Assembly: GCF_003324675.1 (NCBI RefSeq)
Contig: NZ_CP030918.1
Coordinates: 2,190,001-2,222,000 of the forward strand
Length of the DNA stretch: 32,000 nt
Source of the DNA: Paracoccus suum
GTDB lineage: Bacteria; Pseudomonadota; Alphaproteobacteria; Rhodobacterales; Rhodobacteraceae
Reading direction: 5' to 3'
Below, piece after piece: positions 23,155 to 32,000 of this stretch (its first letter is position 1; every line of letters starts with the position of its first letter). The notes under the pieces were generated by a model that saw nothing but the letters and a program-made list of their open reading frames with translations, was not told where the DNA came from and ran no database searches. The position numbers and the translations under genes are program-made.

Positions 23155-24311
23155 TATTCCTCGACCCAGCCGCGCTTGAGCAGGACGTTGTGCCGGCCGA
23201 CCTTGCGGATGTCGCGCTCGCCGCACAGCGCCATGGACACGTCCAGTTCCTTGCGGATCACGTCCAGCGCGGTGGTCACGCCCGCCTCACCATAGGCCCC
23301 AAGGCCGTAGACGAAGGCGCGGCCGATATAGGTGCCCTTGGCGCCGAGCGCGATTGCCTTCAGGACGTCCTGACCGCTGCGGATTCCGCTGTCCATGTGG
23401 ACCTCGACCCGGTCGCCGACCGCCGCGACAATCCGTGGCAGCATGCGGATGCTGCTCAGCGCGCCGTCCAGCTGGCGTCCGCCGTGGTTGCTGACGATGA
23501 TCGCATCGGCCCCGAAGTCGGCAGCAATGCGGGCGTCCTCCTCATCGAGGATGCCCTTGAGGATCAGCTTGCCGCCCCACATCTCGCGGATCCTGGCGAT
23601 CTTTTCCCAGTCGAGTTGCAGGTCGAAGTTATCGTGGTTCCAGGCAGCCAGATCACTGACATTGGCGACATTCTCGACATGACCGACGATATTGCCGAAC
23701 TGCCGGCGCGGGGTGCGCAGCATGCCCAGGCCCCAGCGCGCCTTGGTCGCCATGTTGGCCAGCACCGGCAGCGTCAGCTTGGGTGGGGTGGACAGGCCGT
23801 TCTTCACATCCTTGTGGCGCTGGCCGAGGATCTGCAGATCCAGTGTCAGGACCAGTGCGCTGCACTTGGCGTCCTTGGCGCGTTGGATGATGCGCTCCAG
23901 GAAGCCCTGGTCGCGCATGACGTAAAGCTGGAACCAGAACGGCTTTTCGACATGCGCCGCCACATCCTCGATCGAGCAGACCGACATGGTGGACAGAGTG
24001 AACGGCACCCCGGCCTTTTGCGCCGCCCGGCAGGCCTTGATCTCGCCATCCGCCGCCTGCATCCCGGTCGAGCCGACCGGCGCCAGTGCAACCGGCATCG
24101 CAACGGTCTCGCCGATCATCTCGGTCCGCAGGTTGCGGTCAGCCATGTCGACGGCGACCCGCTGGCGCAGGCGGATGTCGGCAAAATCATTGCTGTTGTC
24201 TCGGAAGGTCTGCTCGCTGTAGCTGCCGCTCTCGGCATAGTCATAGAACATGCGCGGGGCGCGGCGGCGGTAGACGCGCTTGAGATCGTCGATGCAGGTT
24301 ATGACGGGCAT
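23148..24311 (-). CDS. lldD: FMN-dependent alpha-hydroxy-acid dehydrogenase, L-lactate dehydrogenase-like
   Basis: Close by-eye match to E. coli LldD along its length (MPVALAPVG, FTLSTMSVCSIEDV, PFWFQLYVMRD, IIVSNHGGRQLDG, DSGIRSGQDV). ATG 24311 (MPVITCIDDL); the track start 24371 is upstream. Confidence 0.85.
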   Translation of the reverse strand: MPVITCIDDLKRVYRRRAPRMFYDYAESGSYSEQTFRDNSNDFADIRLRQRVAVDMADRNLRTEMIGETVAMPVALAPVGSTGMQAADGEIKACRAAQKAGVPFTLSTMSVCSIEDVAAHVEKPFWFQLYVMRDQGFLERIIQRAKDAKCSALVLTLDLQILGQRHKDVKNGLSTPPKLTLPVLANMATKARWGLGMLRTPRRQFGNIVGHVENVANVSDLAAWNHDNFDLQLDWEKIARIREMWGGKLILKGILDEEDARIAADFGADAIIVSNHGGRQLDGALSSIRMLPRIVAAVGDRVEVHMDSGIRSGQDVLKAIALGAKGTYIGRAFVYGLGAYGEAGVTTALDVIRKELDVSMALCGERDIRKVGRHNVLLKRGWVEEYV

Positions 24312-24385
24312 GGCGCCTTTCCCGAGGTGAGCGGTTCGGGGCTTTGTGGCCTGCACGGCGGACGCTCGCAAGCCTGACGGCGGTC

Positions 24386-24715
24386 TCAGCAGTTGGGTCC
24401 GGGCGTCTCCCCCTCACAGCGCATCTCGGCGGCGCGGGCGCGCAGCGCGCGGGTCCGCGCCGCGAGGTCGGGGGTCATGACCGGGGCGATGGGCGCCGTG
24501 GCCTCGGCCCGCAACTCGCGGTTTGCCGCATGCAGGTCAGCGGCGACGGCGTCGGGGTCGGCCGCGGCATGCGGGGGCAGGGCAGGCTCGGCCAGAACTT
24601 CCTCGGCGGGGACGAGGCTGGGATAGTCATCCATCGCTCGGTCCCCGCAGGCGGCGAGCGCGAGGCATGCTGCAAGCCATGCGGCGGGGCGAAGGGTTGG
24701 GCGAGCGGCGTTCAT
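24386..24715 (-). CDS. Hypothetical small lipoprotein (109 aa)
   Basis: MNAARPTLRPAAWLAACLALAACGD gives a signal peptide with lipobox LAAC. It is the 3' end of a 383-aa track ORF whose upstream part is antisense to the TetR gene and is not credible. No family recognised. Confidence 0.5.
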   Translation of the reverse strand: MNAARPTLRPAAWLAACLALAACGDRAMDDYPSLVPAEEVLAEPALPPHAAADPDAVAADLHAANRELRAEATAPIAPVMTPDLAARTRALRARAAEMRCEGETPGPNC

Positions 24716-24820
24716 GGGGCGCAGACTAGGGCGCGCGGCACCGGCCGGGCAAGATCGGAACGCAGGGCGATGAAGGGGTCGGGCCTTTCCCGGGACGGCA
24801 TCGCGGACTAAAGGGAAAGG

Positions 24821-25417
24821 ATGGCACGCACACACGGCTCCCGCGCCGGGACCACCGGCCCGCTGATCCGCGCCGCCGCATTGCGGCTGTTCGCGCGGCA
24901 CGGCTATGACGGCGTGAGCATGCGCCAGATCGCGGCCGAGGTCGGGCTGCAGGCTGGCGCGCTCTACGGTCATGTGCCGGACAAGCAGGCGCTGCTGTTC
25001 GGGCTGCTGTCGGATCACATGACCGCGCTGCTGGCCGCATGGCAGGACGACCCGGCCGCCGCGCCACTGACGCGGCTGGAGGCCTTCGTGCGCTTTCATG
25101 TCCGGCTGAGCCTGGAGCATGCCGACGGGGTCTTTCTCAGCATGATAGAGTTGCGTTCGCTGACGCCGGAAAACCTGGCGCGGATCACCGCCCAGCGCCG
25201 CAGCTATGAGGATGCCTTGCAGGTCATCCTCGATGCGGGTCGGGCCGATGGCACCATGCATGTGACCGAACCGCGGCTGACGGCGATGGCGCTGATCGCC
25301 ATGCTGACCGGGGTCACCAGCTGGTATCGCGCGGGCGGCCGCCTCGACCGCGAGCGGATCGAGGCCCTCTACTGGGGCCTGGTGCGCGGCGCCGTCACCG
25401 GCGGGGACCGAGCATGA
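24821..25417 (+). CDS. TetR/AcrR-family transcriptional regulator
   Basis: N-terminal HTH: LIRAAALRLFARHGYDGVSMRQIAAEVGLQAGALYGHVPDKQALL. 198 aa. The stop overlaps the dnaG ATG (ATGA at 25414-25417). Confidence 0.88.
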   Translation: MARTHGSRAGTTGPLIRAAALRLFARHGYDGVSMRQIAAEVGLQAGALYGHVPDKQALLFGLLSDHMTALLAAWQDDPAAAPLTRLEAFVRFHVRLSLEHADGVFLSMIELRSLTPENLARITAQRRSYEDALQVILDAGRADGTMHVTEPRLTAMALIAMLTGVTSWYRAGGRLDRERIEALYWGLVRGAVTGGDRA

Positions 25418-27321
25418 GCCTTCCACCCGGATTTCTGGACGAGCTGCGGGCGCGCGTGCCGTTGAGCCGGGTGATCGGCCGGCGCGTGACCTGGGACCTG
25501 CGTCGTAGCAACCAGGCGAAGGGCGACTGGTGGGCACCCTGTCCCTTTCACCACGAAAAGACTGCCAGCTTTCACGTCGATGACCAGAAGGGGTTTTATT
25601 ACTGCTTTGGCTGCCACGTGAAGGGCGATGCCCTGACCTTCCTACGCGAGGCCGAGGGTCTCGGCTTCATGGAGGCTGTGGCCGCCATGGCGTCCGAGGC
25701 CGGCATGGCGATGCCCGAGCGCACGCCCGAGGCGCGCCAGCAGGCCGACCGGCGCGGCCAGCTTTACGAGGTGATGGAGGCAGCGGTGCGTTGGTTCCGG
25801 CTGCAGTTGCAGACCGGGCCGGCGGGGCCGGCCCGCGATTACCTGACCGCGCGCGGGCTCGATGGCGAGGCGTCGGAATGCTTTGGCCTCGGCTTTGCCC
25901 CCGGCGCAAGGCGGGCGCTGACCGAGGCCATGCTGGCCAAGGGCATCAAGGCCGAACTGCTGGCAGAGGCCGGGCTGACGATCCAGCCCGACGACGGCGG
26001 CGCGCCCTATGACCGCTTTCGTGACCGGATCATCTTTCCGATCCGCGACGCGCAAGGCCGGGCGATCGCGCTGGGCGGGCGGGCAATGGACCCCAATGCC
26101 CGTGCCAAATACCTGAATTCGCCGGAAACACCGCTCTTCGACAAGGGTCGCAACCTCTACAATCTCGGGCCGGCGCGGGCGGCTGTTGGCAAGGGCCAGC
26201 CGCTGCTGGTGGCCGAGGGCTACATGGACGTGATCGCGCTGGTGCGCGCCGGCTTCGAGGGGGCAGTCGCACCGCTGGGGACCGCCATCACCGGCGATCA
26301 GTTGCGCCTGATGTGGCGCGTCTCGCCCGAGCCGGTGATCGCGCTGGATGGCGACGCCGCCGGCCTGCGGGCCGCGCTGCGGCTGGTCGATCTCGCCCTG
26401 CCGCTGACCGGCCCGGGGCAGGCGCTGCGCTTTGCCATGCTGCCGCCCGGCCTCGATCCGGACGATCTGATCCGCCGCGAGGGCGCCGGGGCGATGCGCC
26501 AGGTGATCGAGAGCGCGCGGCCCTTGGTCGACCTGTTGTGGCAGCGCGAGACCGAGGGGCGCGTCCTCGACAGCCCCGAGCGGCGGGCCGCGCTGGATCA
26601 CGCGCTGCGCGCAGCGGTCCAGCAGATTCCCGACCCCGCGACCCGCAGCCACACCGAGGCCGAGTTGAACGCACGCAAGCGCGCGCTGTTCGCCCCCTTG
26701 CCGCGCGAGGCGGCGGGCGCCCCCCGAAACTCCGGGACGCGCCGACGCGGCGCACCTGCGGCCCCTGCGCCGGCACGGGCGGAGACGCGCGCCTCGGTTC
26801 TGGTCGCCTCGGACGAGGGTGAGCGGCTGCTGGAGGGGCTGATCCTCGCGATTTGTGCGCGCCATCCGGATCTGGTCCATGGGCTGGAGGGGCGGCTCGA
26901 ACGCCTCGATCCGTCCGATCCGCCGCGGGCTGCGCTGCTGCATGATCTGCTGTCGGGCCGCGAAAGCCCGGCCGGGCGTGCCGCCCTTGACGCACTGCTG
27001 GACGATCCCCATCTGCGCACCGCACCGCCCCTGCAAGGCGGCGCAGGTCCCGATCTCGCCGGCCCGGTCCTTCAAAATGCCCTCGACAAACTCGAGGCGC
27101 GGCGGGCGGCGCGGGCCGAACTGGTGCGGGCCGAGGCGGAAATGTCCGGGTTGGTGGACGAGGGGCTGACCTGGCGCGTTGCGCAGTTGGCCCAGGCGCG
27201 CGAAGCGGCCGACCGTCCGCAGTGGAACGATACCGCCGATCTCGGCGAGGACAGCGAGGCCCTGAGCGCACATCTTTCGTCGCTGCTGGAGGACGAAGTG
27301 TGGCGCAAGAAACGGACCTGA
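25414..27321 (+). CDS. dnaG: DNA primase DnaG
   Basis: Zinc-binding CPFHHEKTASFHVDDQKGFYYCFGCHVKGD. RNA polymerase core (DRFRDRIIFPIRD, KYLNSPETPLFDKG). TOPRIM (LLVAEGYMDV, ALDGDAAG). Confidence 0.93.
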   Translation: MSLPPGFLDELRARVPLSRVIGRRVTWDLRRSNQAKGDWWAPCPFHHEKTASFHVDDQKGFYYCFGCHVKGDALTFLREAEGLGFMEAVAAMASEAGMAMPERTPEARQQADRRGQLYEVMEAAVRWFRLQLQTGPAGPARDYLTARGLDGEASECFGLGFAPGARRALTEAMLAKGIKAELLAEAGLTIQPDDGGAPYDRFRDRIIFPIRDAQGRAIALGGRAMDPNARAKYLNSPETPLFDKGRNLYNLGPARAAVGKGQPLLVAEGYMDVIALVRAGFEGAVAPLGTAITGDQLRLMWRVSPEPVIALDGDAAGLRAALRLVDLALPLTGPGQALRFAMLPPGLDPDDLIRREGAGAMRQVIESARPLVDLLWQRETEGRVLDSPERRAALDHALRAAVQQIPDPATRSHTEAELNARKRALFAPLPREAAGAPRNSGTRRRGAPAAPAPARAETRASVLVASDEGERLLEGLILAICARHPDLVHGLEGRLERLDPSDPPRAALLHDLLSGRESPAGRAALDALLDDPHLRTAPPLQGGAGPDLAGPVLQNALDKLEARRAARAELVRAEAEMSGLVDEGLTWRVAQLAQAREAADRPQWNDTADLGEDSEALSAHLSSLLEDEVWRKKRT

Positions 27322-27385
27322 AGCTGGCGCGACGGCGTTTTACCTGCCGCTGATGCATGAGCATCTGCCTGACGAGGGCGCCTTT

Positions 27386-27514
27386 GCGAATCACCGGGGC
27401 GAATCACCTGCGGTTTCAGGCAGGCATTTACCGCCGGCTGGGCTTTCTCAGCCGCCGGCGACACGATAGACCCGGCGGGAGCCGCTGTGATTCGGGCCAG
27501 CAACCGAATCACCC
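27386..27514 (+). repeat. Four copies of CGAATCAC(C) in the dnaG-rpoD spacer (three direct, one inverted), interleaved with CCGCCGG(C) copies (two direct, one inverted)
   Basis: GCGAATCACC at 27386-27395 and 27399-27408. GTGATTCG at 27487-27494. CCGAATCACC at 27504-27513. CCGCCGGC at 27431-27438 and 27452-27459. CCGGCGG at 27472-27478. All were read directly from the sequence. Confidence 0.75.
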
Positions 27515-27544
27515 AGCGCCCCGACCATTGTCAGGAGAGCCTCG

Positions 27545-29523
<1,979 letters not shown>

Positions 29524-29527
<4 letters not shown>

Positions 29528-29886
29528 GCGAGGAGTTGCTGCGCCCGCCGGAGGGTGTATCTGCCGGTTCGCGCGAGGCTTGGACCCTATTCACCACCGC
29601 GCCGCTGCCCGAAGGCTGGCGGCGCGAGCTGAGGTCCAACGGCTTTATCCAACACGATCTGCGCTTTTACCACGGCGAGGACTGGATGTTCTCGGCCATC
29701 CTCAACGAGGGCTGGGTTCTGTTTTCCCTCCGCAAGCCGGCGATCCGTGGGGGCATCACAACGCCCGACGCGCTGTTGGCGCGCTTTCCCGCCGCGCGCT
29801 GGAAGGACAAGGGCGAGGTCAAGCTGCGCCTCCATGACGAGGCGGAGGCGCAGGCCTTGTGGGACTGGCTGAAGGTCGGGGCCTAA
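29524..29886 (+). CDS. Hypothetical 120-aa Trp-rich protein translationally coupled to rpoD
   Basis: The ATG at 29524 overlaps the rpoD TGA (ATGA). Third-position GC bias is consistent with coding. There is no signal peptide or TM segment. It contains 7 Trp, including recurring EGW/EDW motifs. I recognise no family. Confidence 0.55.
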
Positions 29887-29895
29887 GTCCTCGAC

Positions 29896-30444
29896 CTAGC
29901 CGTGCTTGTCGACGAAAGCCGCGAAAGCGTCGACAAATCCTTGCAGCAGCTTGCGTGTGTCGTCGGACTTGATCTCTCCGTCCGGGCCGAACCGCTCGCT
30001 GTTCCAGGTGATGTACATCTCTGGCGCGTGCATCACGATCATCCCCAGGTTCACCGCCGCCAGCCGCAGGTGCTGCTGGCCGGCAGCGGTCCCCGTCGCG
30101 CCCCCGGTCGCGCCGATGATGCCAACCGGCTTTCGCGTAAAGGAGCTTTGGCCCGACGGCCGGCTGCCCCAGTCAAATGTGTTGGCGAGAATCCCCGGAT
30201 AGCCGCGGTTGTATTCAGGCGAAACGATGAGGACGCCATCCGCGGCCTCGATCTGGCGCTTCATCCGCGTCACCGGGGCGGGCACCTCCGCCCACAGATC
30301 CTCGTTGTAGAGCGGCAGATCGCCGATCTCGACATTCTCGAATGTCAGCTTGTCCCCACCCAGTCCCTCAAGCGCATGGGCGAGCTTGCGATTGATCGAC
30401 CCACTTCTGAGCGAACCCACTAAAACGGCGACGTTTTTAGGCAT
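29896..30444 (-). CDS. NAD(P)H-dependent FMN reductase family oxidoreductase
   Basis: MPKNVAVLVGSLRSGSINRKLA...LPLYNEDL...ADGVLIVSPEYNRGYPG, typical of the FMN_red family. ATG 30444 is preceded by AAGAGGG. The track ORF's 180-aa Pro/Arg/Ala-rich N-terminal extension is rejected. Confidence 0.85.
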   Translation of the reverse strand: MPKNVAVLVGSLRSGSINRKLAHALEGLGGDKLTFENVEIGDLPLYNEDLWAEVPAPVTRMKRQIEAADGVLIVSPEYNRGYPGILANTFDWGSRPSGQSSFTRKPVGIIGATGGATGTAAGQQHLRLAAVNLGMIVMHAPEMYITWNSERFGPDGEIKSDDTRKLLQGFVDAFAAFVDKHG

Positions 30445-30548
30445 TGGCCCTCTTTCCGATAGCATACCGGGCATAACCGGGCGTTGCCGGCAGGGTTCCC
30501 GGGGGTTAGGAAACGAAAGAGGAACAACCGGAAAGAAGGACGGTTTGC

Positions 30549-32000
30549 ATGACGTTGGATGCGCCCATGATTGCAATCGTTCTGCTGCTCGCGGTGCTGG
30601 GCCTGCTTCTGTTCTTTTGGCGCGGCGCGGTTGGAACGGCCGCCCGGGCAAGGCTTGAGGCCGAGGCGCGTTTGCGTGCGGCCGAGGAACGGCTGGCGGC
30701 GGCGCGCGAGGGGCTGGAAGTGGCGGCAAACACGCAGCGCGGGTTGGAGGCGCGGCTCGCCGATGTGTCCGATGCACGCGAGGTGCAGGCCCTGCGCGCC
30801 GCCGCGGCGGAAACGCGGGCCGAGTCGCTTGCTGGGCAACTGGCCGACCGAGCGGCCGAGCGCGACAGCCTTGCGGGCCAGTTGCGCAGTGAGCGCGACG
30901 CCGCCAACGACCTGCGGCAGCAGCTGGGAGAGGCCCGCCTTGCCGCGCAGAAAGACGCTGAGGCCATGGCGCGTGAGATCGCAACCCTGCGCGGCCTGCG
31001 TCAGGAGATGACGGACCAGTTCCGTCTGCTGGCCGACGAGACGCTGAAGTCGACGGGGACGGCGCTGCACGAACGCCATGCAGAGCAACTCTCGGCCCTT
31101 TTGACCCCCTTTCGCGATCAGGTCGCGACCTTTCAGACGGAACTTCAGAACCGCGAGGATCAATCCAACCGCGAACGCGCGCGCCTGGGCGAGCAGATCC
31201 GCCTGCTGCACGAGCGCTCGGAACAGATCAGCGTCGAGGCGGTGGCCCTGACCCGCGCATTGAAGGGCGAAAAGCAGCGCCAGGGCGCCTGGGGCGAGAT
31301 GATCCTTGCCCGCCTGCTGGAGGATTCCGGGCTGGATGCGGGGGTTCACTACCTGACCCAAGAATCCCGGCGGGACGAGGAAGGCAAGCTGTGGCGCCCG
31401 GACGTGATCGTGCGGCTGCCGCAAAAGAAGGTGCTGGTCGTCGACAGCAAGGTCTCGCTGAACGCTTACGCCGAGGCGACCGAGGCTGAGGATCCGCTGA
31501 TGCGTGCCGCCGCCCTGAAGCGCCATGTCGCAGCCGTGCGCACGCATGTGCAGACCCTGTCCGACAAGGGCTACGAGCGCCTGGACGAGGGCTCGGTCGA
31601 CTACGTCATGATGTTCATGCCGATCGAGGGTGCCTATGCCGAGGCGGTCCGCGCCGACGGCGATCTGGTCAGCTGGGCAATGCAGCGCCGGGTTGCGGTC
31701 ATGACGCCCGCGACGCTGATGCTGGCGCTGCGGATCGTCGATCACATCTGGACGGTGGAGCGCCGGGAAAGCAACGCCGCCGCCATCGCCGACCGGGCCG
31801 GCGCGCTCTACGACAAGTTCGCGCTGTTCATAAAGTCAATGAATGACGTCGGGACAGCATTGTCGCGCGCCCACGAGGCCCATGGCATCGCCATGGGCCG
31901 GCTGACCTCCGGGCCCGGGAACATCACCGGGCAGATCGAGAAGCTGCGTCTGCTGGGGGCCCGTGCCAAGCAGCGCATCGGCATCGAGTTTGACGGCGGG
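30549..32000 (+). CDS. rmuC: DNA recombination protein RmuC, 3' end outside the window
   Basis: This ORF is absent from the track because it has no stop in the window. My own translation from ATG 30549 is open to base 32000 (484 codons). It has an N-terminal TM (MIAIVLLLAVLGLLLFFW), a long Ala/Arg/Glu coiled coil, then QRQGAWGEMILARLLEDSGL...WRPDVIVRLPQKKVLVVDSKVSLNAY...YVMMFMPIEGAY. AAGGA lies 8 nt upstream of the ATG. Confidence 0.88.
   Translation, partial: MTLDAPMIAIVLLLAVLGLLLFFWRGAVGTAARARLEAEARLRAAEERLAAAREGLEVAANTQRGLEARLADVSDAREVQALRAAAAETRAESLAGQLADRAAERDSLAGQLRSERDAANDLRQQLGEARLAAQKDAEAMAREIATLRGLRQEMTDQFRLLADETLKSTGTALHERHAEQLSALLTPFRDQVATFQTELQNREDQSNRERARLGEQIRLLHERSEQISVEAVALTRALKGEKQRQGAWGEMILARLLEDSGLDAGVHYLTQESRRDEEGKLWRPDVIVRLPQKKVLVVDSKVSLNAYAEATEAEDPLMRAAALKRHVAAVRTHVQTLSDKGYERLDEGSVDYVMMFMPIEGAYAEAVRADGDLVSWAMQRRVAVMTPATLMLALRIVDHIWTVERRESNAAAIADRAGALYDKFALFIKSMNDVGTALSRAHEAHGIAMGRLTSGPGNITGQIEKLRLLGARAKQRIGIEFDGG

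Noticed and set aside
24716-25537. Upstream 274 codons of the 383-aa minus-strand ORF 24386-25537.
   Set aside because: This part is antisense to the TetR gene and the dnaG start and has a low-complexity translation. Only the last 109 codons, starting at a Met with a lipoprotein signal, are plausible.
27322-27365. Weak hairpins just after the dnaG stop: CGC-gacg-GCG followed by TTTT, and GATGC-atga-GCATC at 27351-27364.
   Set aside because: The stems are only 3-5 bp, too weak to support a terminator call.
27386-27513. CGAATCAC repeats read as DnaA boxes, or as a simple rho-independent terminator between dnaG and rpoD.
   Set aside because: The motif does not align with the TTATCCACA-type DnaA boxes. 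The 9-bp hairpin at 27487-27512 is not followed by a T-tract.
30445-30984. N-terminal 180-aa extension of the FMN reductase ORF (track 29896-30984), and the plus-strand ORF 30571-31011.
   Set aside because: The extension is Pro/Arg/Ala-rich and overlaps rmuC. A good SD and the canonical MPKNVAVLVGSLR N-terminus occur at 30444. The ORF 30571-31011 is an out-of-frame shadow inside rmuC.

Overview
This is a high-GC window that looks like the core chromosome of an alphaproteobacterium. The adjacent sciP and ctrA genes and lpxI sitting between lpxA and lpxB suggest Rhodobacterales, but that is inference only. All calls come from reading the translated ORFs for family-specific motifs; no database search was possible. 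Gene order is as follows. The 3' part of a peptide/nickel-type ABC importer operon (SBP, two permeases, two ATPases). Then nrdR-ribD, fabZ-lpxA-lpxI-lpxB, mnmA (-), sciP-ctrA and ligA-recG. Then an IscU/NifU-like gene (-), hisI, gluQ and trmFO (-), and rplY (-). Then an MFS transporter, an orphan RTX calcium-binding repeat protein, an lldD-like FMN dehydrogenase (-) and a small lipoprotein (-). Finally a TetR regulator translationally coupled to dnaG, rpoD with a coupled 120-aa unknown ORF, an FMN reductase (-), and rmuC. The rmuC ORF runs off the 3' end and is therefore missing from the ORF track. I saw no tRNA, rRNA, CRISPR array or mobile element. Most long ORFs antisense to these genes are high-GC shadow ORFs. 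The most interesting signal is the 295-bp gap after recG. It holds a perfect GTTC-N7-GTTC alphaproteobacterial LexA box, then a Shine-Dalgarno sequence, a 31-codon single-TM ORF and a strong terminator. I read this as a candidate undescribed SOS-induced small membrane protein, analogous to SidA, TisB or DinQ. The second signal is the dnaG-rpoD spacer. It carries four copies of CGAATCAC(C), each containing a GANTC CcrM site, arranged so that they could form mutually exclusive hairpins. Other observations are smaller: translational coupling of unknown genes to dnaG and rpoD, two 64-nt convergent gene overlaps, a hairpin containing two stop codons, and an IscU-like protein lacking its third Cys.
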